A stretch of 44,995 nt of DNA, taken from assembly GCA_016650245.1 (NCBI GenBank), contig JAENWD010000062.1, positions 1 to 44,995 of the forward strand. Direction: 5' to 3'. Positions 1-9,853 of this stretch are shown here, piece by piece. The notes under the pieces were generated by a model. It had not been told where the DNA came from and searched no databases. It saw only the letters and a list, made by a program, of their open reading frames with translations. The DNA is from Vicinamibacteria bacterium (GTDB lineage: Bacteria; Acidobacteriota; Vicinamibacteria; Vicinamibacterales; JAENWD01). A program made the position numbers and the translations under genes. Within the stretch, counting starts at the first letter, position 1, and the number at the start of each line of letters is the position of its first letter.

Positions 1-1700
1 AGCAGCGGCGTCAGCGCGTCCAGCGGCCGCGTGTTGAGGACGTCCTCCCTCGAGAGCCACGCGCGGCGCGCGACGCCGATCCCCAGGTCGAGGACGCCAA
101 ACGCACCGGCGGCATGGGCGTCGCTCGAGATGACGAGCGGAATACTCCGATCGCGTGCGGCGCGGGCCACCGTGTCACCGACATCCAGGCGATCGACCTG
201 GCAGTTGATCTCGAGCGCGAGGCCGGAGGCCGCGGCCTGGCCAAGGACAGCGTCGAGATCGAAACGCAGCGGCTCGCGTCGCAGCAGCAGGCGACCAGTC
301 GGATGCCCGAGGACGTCGACCCACGGGCATGCGATGGCCGCCAGGAGACGGTCGGTCATCGCGGCCGGTTCGAGCCCGAAGCCGGAATGCACCGAGGCGA
401 CGACGAGGTCGAGCTCGGCGAGGCAGTCGTTGGCCAGGTCAAGGGTGCCATCGAGACGGATGTCGCATTCGATGCCCGCCAGCAGGCGGATGCCGTCGAG
501 CCGGGCGTTGAGGCCGCGGACGCGGGCGGCGTGTTCGAGCGCCCGGCGCTCGTCGAGCCCGTTGGCCATGGCCAGCGCCTGGCTGTGGTCCGTGATGGCC
601 AGGTACTGCAGGCCAGCGGCCCTGGCCGCGCGTGCCATGGTCTCGAGGTCGTCTTTGCCGTCGGTCGCCGTGGTGTGGCAATGCAGGTCGCCGAGCAGGT
701 CACCTCGCGTGATGAGCGAGGGCAGCGTCCGCTGCGCGGCGGCCTCGACTTCGCCGCGGTTCTCGCGCAGTTCTGGCGGGACCCACGCCAGGCCGAGCGC
801 ACCATAGATGTCTTCTTCATTGGCCCCGGCCACAAGGGCCCCATCGGCGAGTCGGGTCAGACCGTATTCGTTGAGGCGAAGACCGAGCGCCATCGCGCGG
901 TCGCGCAGCGCGATGTTGTGCGCCTTCGACCCGGTGAAGTACTGCAGCGCCGCGCCCTTCTGCGCTGGCGTCACGAGCCTGAGGTCGGCCTGCAGCCCAG
1001 AGTCGAGCAGGACGCTCGACTTGGTCTCGCCGTGACCCAGCACGCGCGTCACCTGGGGCAGCGTGGTGAAGGTGTCCATGACGTTCGGGCCGGCGCCCAC
1101 GGCGAGGATGTCGAGGTCGCCACAGGTCTCTGCGCGACGGCGAAGGCTGCCGACGGGCACGAACTCGGCCGCGGGCTCCGCGGCCGACAGCGCGGCCACC
1201 ACACGGTCGGCAAGGACGGCCACCTCGGCCGACAGGTAGCGCCCGGCATAGCGGCGGCGCTCCTCGATGGCCCGCAGAATGAGCGCCTCCTTCTTCGCGC
1301 CCATCCCCTTGAGCGCGCGGACCCGCCCGTCGCGGGCGGCCTGTTCGAGGGTGTCGAGCGAGGTGACGCTCAGCTCGTCGTACAGGCGCTTGACGGTCTT
1401 GGGTCCGACACCCTGCAAGCGAAGCAGGTCGAGAATCGTCGCCGGAAAGTCGGCGAGCAGCTCGCGGCGGAACGGCGTGTCGCCGCTGTCGGCGATCTCA
1501 CGGATGCGGGCGGCCAGGTCGCGGCCGATACCCGGCAGGGCGCGAAGTCCCGTCTCGTCCAGGACGGCCACCGCTGTCGGCTCGGCCGTCACGGTCTCGG
1601 CGGCATTGCGGTACGCGCGGATCTTGAACGGGTTGTCGCCTCGAATTTCGAGCAGGTCTCCGATCTCGAACAGCAGGCGGGCGATGGCGGCGTTGTCCAC
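1..1700 (-). CDS. polX: DNA polymerase X / PHP-domain 3'-5' exonuclease (3' end runs off the window)
   Basis: Absent from the ORF track because there is no stop in the window. Manual minus-strand translation from GTG 1700 gives MDNAAIARLLFEIGDLLEIRGDNPFKIRAYRNAA..., GSLRR..ETCGDLDIL (catalytic DxD), ADLRLV, YFTGSKAHN, and PHP motifs DLHCHT, TDHS, SSDAH. Confidence 0.95.
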   Translation of the reverse strand, partial: MDNAAIARLLFEIGDLLEIRGDNPFKIRAYRNAAETVTAEPTAVAVLDETGLRALPGIGRDLAARIREIADSGDTPFRRELLADFPATILDLLRLQGVGPKTVKRLYDELSVTSLDTLEQAARDGRVRALKGMGAKKEALILRAIEERRRYAGRYLSAEVAVLADRVVAALSAAEPAAEFVPVGSLRRRAETCGDLDILAVGAGPNVMDTFTTLPQVTRVLGHGETKSSVLLDSGLQADLRLVTPAQKGAALQYFTGSKAHNIALRDRAMALGLRLNEYGLTRLADGALVAGANEEDIYGALGLAWVPPELRENRGEVEAAAQRTLPSLITRGDLLGDLHCHTTATDGKDDLETMARAARAAGLQYLAITDHSQALAMANGLDERRALEHAARVRGLNARLDGIRLLAGIECDIRLDGTLDLANDCLAELDLVVASVHSGFGLEPAAMTDRLLAAIACPWVDVLGHPTGRLLLRREPLRFDLDAVLGQAAASGLALEINCQVDRLDVGDTVARAARDRSIPLVISSDAHAAGAFGVLDLGIGVARRAWLSREDVLNTRPLDALTPL

Positions 1701-1711
1701 GGCGTCTCCGG

Positions 1712-1721
1712 CATTATAATG
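1712..1721. promoter_or_regulatory. Palindromic CATTATAATG, a candidate bidirectional -10 element for polX and nagZ
   Basis: Reads TATAAT on both strands, in the 55-nt gap between divergent genes within a very GC-rich background. Confidence 0.6.
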
Positions 1722-1755
1722 GCGACACTGAGGGGTCCCTCCACGTTCGCGCTGC

Positions 1756-2886
1756 ATGTCGCCCGTCCACCTTCGCCACCAGATCGGACAGTTGCTCATG
1801 GCCGGGTTTCCGGGCACGAGCCTCACGGTGGAGCTCCGCGCGCTGGCGCGCGAGTTCTCGCTGGGCGGCGTCGTCTACTTCGCGCGCAACGTCGAAGAGC
1901 CTGCGCAGGTAGCCGAAGTGTCGCGCGAGATCGCGACGCTGACCGACGAGTTGCCGCCGTGGGTGAGCGTGGACCAGGAGGGCGGCCGCGTCGCCCGGTT
2001 CAAACGTGGGTTCACGCTGTGGCCGCCGATGTCGACGCTGGGTCGCAGCGGCGATGTCGAGTTGGCGCGGCAGTTCGCGCGCGCGCTAACCGTCGAGCTG
2101 CGCGCGGTCGGCATCACGCTGGATTTCGCGCCGGTGCTCGATGTCTTCACGAACCCGAAGAACACGGTGATCGGTGATCGGGCGCTGGCCCAGCGGGCCG
2201 AGGATGTGGCCACGCTCGGCGTGGCCATCATCGAGGAACTGCAACGCGGCGGCATCGCGGCGTGTGGAAAGCACTTCCCGGGGCATGGCGACACGCTGGC
2301 CGATTCGCACCACGACCTGCCGCTGGTCGAACACGAACCCGACCGGCTCCGCGCCGTCGAGTTCGTGCCGTTTCGCGCGGCGATCGCGGCCGGCGTCGCC
2401 TCGCTGATGAGTTGCCACGTCCTGCTCCCGGCCTTCGACGAAACGAGGCCGGGCACACTGTCGCCGGACATCGTGCAGGGGTTGCTGCGCGACGAACTCG
2501 GTTTCGACGGCCTGATCTTCACCGACGACATGGAGATGAAAGCCATCGCGGCCCGCATGCCCGTGCCCGATGCCTGTGTCGCGGCCATCGCGGCAGGGTG
2601 CGACGCCGTGCTGGTCTGCAGCGGCAATCACGACCTGCAGGCCGCGACCATCGAGGCCTTGATTCGGGCGGTTGAACGCGGTGAGCTGCCATATGCACGC
2701 GTCGAGCAGGCCTTGGCCCATCAGCGCCGAGCCAAGCAACGGTTCCTCGTGTCGGCGCCGTCCCCGACGGTGTCGCTCACCGACCTGCTCGCCACCGAGG
2801 CCCACCAGGCAGTAGCCGACCAGATGGCGCGCTTCGCATGGGTGCGCCGTTGCGGCGTCCGCCGGCGTTGCGCCAGGGCGACGTAG
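1756..2886 (+). CDS. nagZ: beta-N-acetylhexosaminidase NagZ (GH3)
   Basis: VDQEGGRV, NagZ signature KHFPGHGDTLADSH, FTDDMEM. Confidence 0.93.
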   Translation: MSPVHLRHQIGQLLMAGFPGTSLTVELRALAREFSLGGVVYFARNVEEPAQVAEVSREIATLTDELPPWVSVDQEGGRVARFKRGFTLWPPMSTLGRSGDVELARQFARALTVELRAVGITLDFAPVLDVFTNPKNTVIGDRALAQRAEDVATLGVAIIEELQRGGIAACGKHFPGHGDTLADSHHDLPLVEHEPDRLRAVEFVPFRAAIAAGVASLMSCHVLLPAFDETRPGTLSPDIVQGLLRDELGFDGLIFTDDMEMKAIAARMPVPDACVAAIAAGCDAVLVCSGNHDLQAATIEALIRAVERGELPYARVEQALAHQRRAKQRFLVSAPSPTVSLTDLLATEAHQAVADQMARFAWVRRCGVRRRCARAT

Positions 2887-3773
2887 TGGCGCTGGTGGCG
2901 CCGGCCAGTCCGTTCGATACCGAAGAGTTCGACGCCGGCGTCGCAGAGTTGGCGACGTTGGGCTTCCACCCGGAGTGGCACCACGACCTGTTTGCCCGGC
3001 GACGATACGTCGCAGGCGCGGCCGCGACGCGCGCCGCCGACTTTCTTCGGGCATGGCAGGATCCGCACGTGGCCGGTCTATTCGGTGTGCGAGGGGGCTA
3101 TGGCAGCGCACAGATTGTCGCGTCACTCGACCCTGGGACGATTCGCGCGACGCCGAAGACCTTCGTCGGCTACAGTGACCTCACGACGCTGCTGACGTGG
3201 TTGGTGGGGCACTGCGGCGTGGTCGCGTTCCATGGACCGACCGTGGCGGGACGTCTGGGCCGCGGGTCCGCCGCCTACGACCGCGCGTCACTGATCTCGG
3301 CGCTGACCGTCGCGGCGCCGATGGGCGAACTGGTGCTCGACGGCGCGGAGACGCTGATCCAGGGCGACGCCACGGGGCGCTTGCTGGGCGGGACGCTGAC
3401 ACAGCTGGCGGCGGCCGCGGGAACGCCTTACGGTCTTGCGCCGTGGGACGACACGATTCTGCTGCTCGAGGACGTCGGCGAGCGGCCGTATCGCCTCGAC
3501 CGCCTGGTGCAGCAGGTCCGCGACGCCGGCATGCTGCGAAGGGTTCGCGGCGTGCTGCTGGGAACGTTTCCGAGGTGCGATGAGCCCGGCGGCACGCTGA
3601 CCGCGCGCGAGGTCCTGGCCGATCTGTTCGCGGAGTTTCCCGGTCCCGTGGTGTTCGGCGCGCGGACTGGACACGTCGACGGCCCGGCGTTGACGCTGCC
3701 CCTGGGCGTGCAGGCGCGGCTGGTGGCCGGTGCGACGCCCTGGCTCGTGGTGCAAGAAGCCGCCGTGGCATGA
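2838..3773 (+). CDS. ldcA: LD-carboxypeptidase (peptidase S66)
   Basis: RGGYG, GYSD (catalytic Ser), LLLEDVGE, GH motifs; lies between nagZ and mpl. Confidence 0.9.
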   Translation: MGAPLRRPPALRQGDVVALVAPASPFDTEEFDAGVAELATLGFHPEWHHDLFARRRYVAGAAATRAADFLRAWQDPHVAGLFGVRGGYGSAQIVASLDPGTIRATPKTFVGYSDLTTLLTWLVGHCGVVAFHGPTVAGRLGRGSAAYDRASLISALTVAAPMGELVLDGAETLIQGDATGRLLGGTLTQLAAAAGTPYGLAPWDDTILLLEDVGERPYRLDRLVQQVRDAGMLRRVRGVLLGTFPRCDEPGGTLTAREVLADLFAEFPGPVVFGARTGHVDGPALTLPLGVQARLVAGATPWLVVQEAAVA

Positions 3774-3800
3774 GCTCCAGCAGCCTGTAGTCCGTAGTCT

Positions 3801-5234
3801 ATGAAGGTTCACCTGATCGGCATTTGTGGCACGGCGATGGCCACGCTGGCCGCGTTGCTCAAGCAGCGGGGACTCGACGTGCAGGGGTCGGATCACGGCG
3901 TCTATCCGCCCATGAGCGAGTTCCTGGCGTCGGAGGACATCCGCGCGTTTGACGGATACGACGCGGCCCACATCACGAGCGACCTCTCCCTGGTCGTCAT
4001 CGGCAACGCCATCTCGAGAGGCAATCCGGAGCTGGAGGCCGTCCTCTCACGCAAGATCCGGTACTGCTCGCTTCCCGAAGCGATTCGTGAGCACTTCCTC
4101 TGGGGCGCCCGCTCGATCGTCGTTGCCGGCACCCACGGCAAGACCACGACGACCTCACTCGCCGGCTGGGTGCTTACCTCGGCCGGCACGGACCCGACGG
4201 TGCTCGTCGGCGGCATCGCCCGCAATTTCGGCGACGATGGCTCGAGCTATCGCATCGGCGCGGGTCGCGAGTTCGTCATCGAGGGCGACGAATACGACAG
4301 CGCGTTCTTCGACAAGACCGCGAAATTCCTGAAGTACCTCCCGGACATCGCCGTCGTCGGTAACGTCGAGTTCGACCACGCCGACATCTATCCGAATCTC
4401 GATGCGGTGCTTCAGGCGTTTGAGCGACTCGCCCTGCTGGTGCCGCGCAACGGCCTGCTGCTGCTCGGCCACGACAGCGAGCACGCGCTCGGTCTCAAAG
4501 CGCGTGCCGTGTCGCCGGTCGAGACATTCGGCTTCAGCGAAGAGGCCGACTGGGTCGCCTACGACCTGACGGCCGCCGACGGCGTGCAGCACTTCTCGGT
4601 GCGGCACGGCCGCGACTACTTCGGCGCCTTCGATCTGCCGCTGATGGGCGAGCACAACGTGCGCAACGCGCTGGCGGCCATTGCCGTGGGCGCTGCCGTG
4701 GGCCTCGACCAGACGACGATTGCGCGTGGCCTGCGCACCTTCCGTGGTGTCAAGCGCCGACTCGAAGTGGTGGGCGAGGTGGGAGGCGTCACGGTGTACG
4801 ACGACTTCGCCCATCATCCGACCGCCGTCGTCGAGACCCTGCGTGCGGTGAGGCAGGCCTATCCCGGCCGGCGTGTGTGGGCCGTCTTCGAACCGCGCTC
4901 GGCGTCGTCGTGCCGAAGGATCTTCCAGCGAGACTTCGCGCGTGCCTTCAGCGGCGCGTCGGCCGACGAGACCCTCATCGCGACGGTCTTCCGATCGACG
5001 CTGCCTGATGGCGAGCGCCTGTCGGTTGAGGATCTCGTGGACGAGATCTGCAAGGCCGGGCGCAAGGCCCGCCACGTGGGCGGGGCCGACCACATCATCG
5101 ACACCATCATCACGGAACGTCACCCAGGCGACGTCGTCGTGATCATGTCCAACGGCGGATTCGACAACATTCATCGGCGGCTCCTCGCACGCTTGCGCGA
5201 AAGCGGTCAGCCGCAGACGGAGGGAGCAGCATGA
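3801..5234 (+). CDS. mpl: UDP-MurNAc:L-Ala-gamma-D-Glu-mDAP ligase Mpl (MurC family)
   Basis: Mpl-type N-terminus HLIGICGTAM, GTHGKTTT P-loop, EGDEYDSAFFDK, DDFAHHPT; murein-recycling context. Confidence 0.88.
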   Translation: MKVHLIGICGTAMATLAALLKQRGLDVQGSDHGVYPPMSEFLASEDIRAFDGYDAAHITSDLSLVVIGNAISRGNPELEAVLSRKIRYCSLPEAIREHFLWGARSIVVAGTHGKTTTTSLAGWVLTSAGTDPTVLVGGIARNFGDDGSSYRIGAGREFVIEGDEYDSAFFDKTAKFLKYLPDIAVVGNVEFDHADIYPNLDAVLQAFERLALLVPRNGLLLLGHDSEHALGLKARAVSPVETFGFSEEADWVAYDLTAADGVQHFSVRHGRDYFGAFDLPLMGEHNVRNALAAIAVGAAVGLDQTTIARGLRTFRGVKRRLEVVGEVGGVTVYDDFAHHPTAVVETLRAVRQAYPGRRVWAVFEPRSASSCRRIFQRDFARAFSGASADETLIATVFRSTLPDGERLSVEDLVDEICKAGRKARHVGGADHIIDTIITERHPGDVVVIMSNGGFDNIHRRLLARLRESGQPQTEGAA

Positions 5235-7237
5235 CCCGTACGGCCATCCGGCACATCGTCGTGGGAATGGTGACGCTGGCGGCGATTGCCACGCCGCTGT
5301 GGGCACAGTCGCAGAGCACCTACGCGGGCCACGGGGCAGACAGCGTGCCGCGCGAGAAGATCGTCAAGTACGCGCCGCCGCCCCTGCCGGGCGACGTGAC
5401 GCGGCGCATTCAGACCATGCTCGATGTGCGCGGTGCGGCGCTCGGCACCATCGCGCCGGACGGCAGGCGCTTGTTCTTCACCTGGGGCATCACGGGCACT
5501 CCGAACGTGTGGCGACTGGATGGGCCCAAGAGTTTTCCCGTCCAGATGACCGGCGGTGAGGATCCGACGCGCGTTGCCGGAGTGACGCCGGACGGCCGGA
5601 CGTTGATCCTGTCGCGCGACGTCGGTGGCCAGGAGGACCCAGGTCTGTACGTCCAGTCGGCCGATGGCGGCCCTCTCGCGCTGATCCACCATACGAAGGG
5701 CACGCGAGCGTTTTACGCGTTCACGACAGACGATTCCAGGACGATCTACTTCGGCGCCAACGACATCAAGCCCGACAGCTACGCGATCTATCGCTACGAC
5801 CTGGGAACCAGGCGGCGTGAGGTGGTGTTCGACCAGCCGGGTCTGTGGAGCGTGAGCGACCATCGCGGTGACGCCGGAGGCCTGAAGCTGTTGCTCAGCA
5901 AGGCCACGGGCGCGTTGTCGCGGGAGTACGCCGAGTACGACATCGGGGCCAGGACGCTGACACCGCTGCTGGGACAGAGCGAGACGGTTGAGTATCAGGC
6001 GGCCTACGCGGCCGATCCGGGCGAGTTGCTCGTGCTCACCAACAAGCTCGGCGAGTTCCGCCGTCTCTATCGCTGGAAGCCAGGTGGCGCGCTCATCGCC
6101 GTCACGCCCGAGATGGCGATGGATGTCGCGGACTTCGATCTCGACGAGGCCAAATCGCGGCTCTACCTGAGTCTGAATGACCGGGGCTATCAGCGCGTCC
6201 GCGTGCACGATGCGCGCACGCTGGCCGAACTCAAGGTCTCGGTCCCTGCCGACGCTGCGGCCATCTCGATCGGCTCGCTGAGCCGGGACGGGCGATTCGC
6301 GGTATTGGGCGTCGACTCGGGCAAGGCCCCCCGCACCAGTTTTGTCATCGACTGGCAGTCGGGCAGCCTCACCGAGTGGGCGCTCGGGACGGCGCCAGAG
6401 GTCGACGTGACGAAGTTTGCCTCGGCCAGGCTGGAGAGCTACACGGCGCGCGACGGCACGAAGATCCCGATGTTCGTGCGCTACCCGGCCCAATGCGCGC
6501 CAGAGGCCGCAGCCTCCGCTGACCCGTGCGCGATCGTGGTCGAGTTCCACGGCGGGCCCGAAGGGCAGGCGACGCCGGGGTTCAGCGGTTTCTCGCAGCT
6601 GTTCGTCGACGCCGGGTTCATCTTCGCCGAGCCCAATGTCCGTGGCAGCGACGGATACGGCAAGGCGTGGCTTGATGCCGACAACGGCGCAAGACGTCTC
6701 GACGTGATCTCTGACATCGACGACGCGGGCAAGGCGCTTCGCGCGCGATTCACACGAAACGGCAAGGCGCCGAAGATCGCGATTACCGGCGGCAGCTACG
6801 GCGGCTACTCTGTGCTCATGGGCATGACCATGTTTGGGGGCACCTACGACGTCGGCGTGTCCATCGTCGGGATCTCGAACCTCGCGACGTTTCTGCAGAA
6901 CACAGCGCCGTATCGGCGAGCGCTGCGGGCCAGCGAGTACGGCGATCCCGGGAAAGACGCCGAGGCCCTGAAGAAACTGTCCCCGACGACGTATCTCGAT
7001 CGGGTGAAAGCGCCCCTGCTCATCATCCAGGGGGTCGACGACCCGCGGGTGCCAGCGGGAGAAGCGATTCAGATCCAGGAGGCGCTCGAAGCGCGCGGCG
7101 TGCCCTCCAAATTGATCCTGCTTGAAGGGGAAGGCCATGGCGCCGCACGGCGGGGCGGCCAGGTCCTGATGATCGGGCACATGTTGCGATTCCTCGAGGG
7201 GCATCTGTCACCCAAGGCGGGAGCGCCCACCAACTGA
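5231..7237 (+). CDS. Secreted S9-family (prolyl oligopeptidase / acylaminoacyl peptidase-like) serine peptidase
   Basis: Sec signal peptide (..ATPLWA|Q), propeller-like N region, HGGPEGQ, GGSYGG (Ser), DDPRV (Asp), EGHG (His). Confidence 0.9.
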   Translation: MTRTAIRHIVVGMVTLAAIATPLWAQSQSTYAGHGADSVPREKIVKYAPPPLPGDVTRRIQTMLDVRGAALGTIAPDGRRLFFTWGITGTPNVWRLDGPKSFPVQMTGGEDPTRVAGVTPDGRTLILSRDVGGQEDPGLYVQSADGGPLALIHHTKGTRAFYAFTTDDSRTIYFGANDIKPDSYAIYRYDLGTRRREVVFDQPGLWSVSDHRGDAGGLKLLLSKATGALSREYAEYDIGARTLTPLLGQSETVEYQAAYAADPGELLVLTNKLGEFRRLYRWKPGGALIAVTPEMAMDVADFDLDEAKSRLYLSLNDRGYQRVRVHDARTLAELKVSVPADAAAISIGSLSRDGRFAVLGVDSGKAPRTSFVIDWQSGSLTEWALGTAPEVDVTKFASARLESYTARDGTKIPMFVRYPAQCAPEAAASADPCAIVVEFHGGPEGQATPGFSGFSQLFVDAGFIFAEPNVRGSDGYGKAWLDADNGARRLDVISDIDDAGKALRARFTRNGKAPKIAITGGSYGGYSVLMGMTMFGGTYDVGVSIVGISNLATFLQNTAPYRRALRASEYGDPGKDAEALKKLSPTTYLDRVKAPLLIIQGVDDPRVPAGEAIQIQEALEARGVPSKLILLEGEGHGAARRGGQVLMIGHMLRFLEGHLSPKAGAPTN

Positions 7238-7251
7238 CCGCTGGGCCGACG

Positions 7252-7929
7252 GTGTCGAGTCCGAGGCTGAGCAGGCTCGGCGACTACGCGTGGCTCGTGA
7301 CGTTTGAGCCACGCGTGGACGCCGAGACATCGGCGCGCGTGCTTGATTTGGCTGCGTGGGTCGTGGCCCAGCGATGGGCAGGCGTCCGTGATGTCGTGCC
7401 AGCGCTGACGTCGGTGGCGGTCCACCTGTCGCCGGAATGCGCCGAGGCGGGCGAGGTCCAACGCCGGCTTGCCGAGCATCTGGCGCAACACACCGCAGCC
7501 CGGGACGCGGAGGGCCCGGTCATCGAGATCGCGGTGTCGTACGGCGGGCCCGATGGGCCCGATCTGGCGGCTGTTGCCGACGCGGTGCAACTCGAGCCCG
7601 ACGAGGTTGTGCGCCGCCACTGTGCCGTGACCTACCGCGTGTTCATGCTCGGGTTTCTCCCGGGGTTTCCGTATCTGGGCCCCGTGGACCCATCGATTCA
7701 GGTGCCGCGCCTGGCCGTTCCGCGTGCTCGCGTGCCGGCGGGATCGGTCGGCGTGGCCGGCCAACAGACCGGCATCTATCCGCGAGAGAGTCCCGGCGGA
7801 TGGCAGATCATCGGCCGGACCTCAGAGGTCCTCTTCGACGCGGCCCGCACGCCGCCGGCCCGGCTCATGCCTGGCGATCGCGTGCGCTTGGTTCCGCTTG
7901 CGGCGCCGAGCCCACACGAGGCCGCATGA
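7252..7929 (+). CDS. pxpB: 5-oxoprolinase subunit B (KipI/AHS1 family)
   Basis: YGGPDGPDL, MLGFLPGFPYLG, SPGGWQIIGRT. Confidence 0.88.
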   Translation: MSSPRLSRLGDYAWLVTFEPRVDAETSARVLDLAAWVVAQRWAGVRDVVPALTSVAVHLSPECAEAGEVQRRLAEHLAQHTAARDAEGPVIEIAVSYGGPDGPDLAAVADAVQLEPDEVVRRHCAVTYRVFMLGFLPGFPYLGPVDPSIQVPRLAVPRARVPAGSVGVAGQQTGIYPRESPGGWQIIGRTSEVLFDAARTPPARLMPGDRVRLVPLAAPSPHEAA

Positions 7930-8867
7930 GGACGCTGGTAGTCGAGCGTCCCGGACTGCTGACGACGGTTCAGGACGAGGGGCGATGGGGCCTGCAGCAC
8001 CTCGGCGTGCCCGTGTCGGGTTGGATGGACGACTGGTCGGCGCGCCTGGCCAATCGTCTGGCCGGTAACGCCGACGGCGAGGCGTTGCTCGAAGTGACGT
8101 GGCTGGGGCCGGCGCTGCGTGCCGAGGGCGCGATGTCGATCGCGATCGCGGGCGCCGTCTTCGACGTGAGTGTGGGGGGCTACCGCACGCGCACGCCGCT
8201 GGCGTGCCCGGTGGGCGACGGGGCCACCATCGAGTTTGGCGAACGTCATCGCGGCACGCGGGCCTACCTCGCCGTCACCGGTGGCATCGCGGTCGTGCCG
8301 GTGCTCGGCAGCCGTGCCACCGACATTCGCTCGGGGCTTGGTGGGCTCGACGGGCGCCGCCTGCAGAGAGGCGATCGTCTCCCGGTGGGCGGCTCCGCAT
8401 ATGGCGGCGTGGACAGCCTCAGGAACCTGCCGTCACCGTCGTGGCTGAGTGAGGAGCCTCGCCTGCGCGTCCTGCGTGCCTCCGACGATTCGTCATGCAA
8501 CGAGCAGCACTTCCTTCGCCTGTGCCACGCGCAGTATCGCCTTGCGGCGGCCTCGGACCGTACAGGCTACCGATTAATGGCGGACCGTCCGCTGCCCCAG
8601 GCAGAAGGCTCGCTGATCTCGCAGCCGGTAGTGACCGGCGCGATCCAGTTGCCGCCGGGCGGCTCGCCGTTACTGCTGATGGCCGACCGACAGACAACGG
8701 GCGGGTACGCGGTCGTCGCCGTGGTGGCCGCTGCCGACCTTCCCTTGGCCGGCCAGCTGGGGCCTGGCGATTCGTGCCGGTTCGTGCCGTGTACGTGGGA
8801 CCAGGCCCGCGAGGCGGCGGCGGATCGAGCGCGCGCGCTCGATGCGATCGCAGCGAGGATCGGATGA
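7926..8867 (+). CDS. pxpC: 5-oxoprolinase subunit C (KipA/AHS2 family)
   Basis: Start moved to ATG 7926, which overlaps the pxpB stop (ATGA); TTVQDEGRWG, LGSRATD, DRQTTGGY. Confidence 0.88.
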   Translation: MRTLVVERPGLLTTVQDEGRWGLQHLGVPVSGWMDDWSARLANRLAGNADGEALLEVTWLGPALRAEGAMSIAIAGAVFDVSVGGYRTRTPLACPVGDGATIEFGERHRGTRAYLAVTGGIAVVPVLGSRATDIRSGLGGLDGRRLQRGDRLPVGGSAYGGVDSLRNLPSPSWLSEEPRLRVLRASDDSSCNEQHFLRLCHAQYRLAAASDRTGYRLMADRPLPQAEGSLISQPVVTGAIQLPPGGSPLLLMADRQTTGGYAVVAVVAAADLPLAGQLGPGDSCRFVPCTWDQAREAAADRARALDAIAARIG

Positions 8868-9853
8868 CGCCAGACGAGCGCCTGAAAGGCGTGCACGGCG
8901 CGCTCGAGCATTGCCTCGGTCCAGGGCGCGTGGCGACCAATCGTCCGCTTGCGTCGCTCACGACGTTCAACGTGGGCGGCCCGGCGGACCTGTTCTTCGA
9001 GCCGCGGTCGTCTGACGAGCTCGTCACCGCTCTTGGTCTGGCGCACGCGCATGGTGTCGGAGTGACGATGCTTGGCGGCGGCTCCAACGTCCTGGTGGCG
9101 GATGCCGGAATCCGGGGACTGGTCCTGCGTCCGCGCGGGGGACACGTCGAGCGCGAAGGCGAGACGCGGGTGCGGGCCGACGCTGCGGTGACGATCAACG
9201 GGCTGGTGCGCTGGCTGATCAGCCACGGGCTGGCCGGACTCGAGGCGTGGGCTGGGACTCCAGGTACGGTCGGCGGCGGCGTCTACGGCAACGCGCACTG
9301 GGCCGGGCGCCTGCTCTCGGACGTGGTTGCCGGTGCGCGATTGGCTAGTGTCGACGGAAGCGTGAGCGACGTGGCCCCGCAGGCGATGGGGTTTGGGTAC
9401 GATCGGAGCCGGCTGCAGCGGACCCGGGAGGTCTTGTTGTCGGCGCTGTTTGTGGTCGCGCCTGGCGACCCGGCGCGATTGCGCGAAACGGCGCGTGCGT
9501 CGCTGGCCTATCGTAAGCGTACGCAGCCGTTGGCCTCGCCCAGCGCAGGCTGTATCTTTCAGAACCCTGCCGCCGATGTCGCCCTGCCACCGGGAGTGCC
9601 CGCGTCGGCCGGCGCGTTAATCGACAGAGCAGGACTCAAAGGCGCCGCCATCGGCGGGGCGATCGTCTCACCCACGCACGCCAACTTCATCGTGAACGCG
9701 GGGACGGCGACGGCCGCGGACATCCGCGCGCTGGTGGAACATTGCCGGCGGGCCGTGGTCCAGACCAGTGCCGTCAGGCTGACCGAAGAGATCGTGTATC
9801 TCGGGGACTTCGGTCCCGAGGCTGGAGGAGAGGGTGTCGACGCTACTGATTGA
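8864..9853 (+). CDS. murB: UDP-N-acetylenolpyruvoylglucosamine reductase
   Basis: Start moved to ATG 8864 (ATGA overlap); TTFNVGGPA, GGGSNVLV, PGTVGG, SAGCIFQNP, HANFIVN. Confidence 0.95.
   Translation: MTPDERLKGVHGALEHCLGPGRVATNRPLASLTTFNVGGPADLFFEPRSSDELVTALGLAHAHGVGVTMLGGGSNVLVADAGIRGLVLRPRGGHVEREGETRVRADAAVTINGLVRWLISHGLAGLEAWAGTPGTVGGGVYGNAHWAGRLLSDVVAGARLASVDGSVSDVAPQAMGFGYDRSRLQRTREVLLSALFVVAPGDPARLRETARASLAYRKRTQPLASPSAGCIFQNPAADVALPPGVPASAGALIDRAGLKGAAIGGAIVSPTHANFIVNAGTATAADIRALVEHCRRAVVQTSAVRLTEEIVYLGDFGPEAGGEGVDATD

Noticed and set aside
114-2177. 687-aa plus-strand ORF
   Set aside because: Antisense shadow of polX that runs out of frame into nagZ; no recognisable motifs.
5207-7204. 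665-aa minus-strand ORF, and similar long antisense ORFs (15912-17204, 18725-20029, 22529-23890, 32158-33594, 34139-36457)
   Set aside because: They mirror well-supported genes; high GC makes stop codons rare on the opposite strand.
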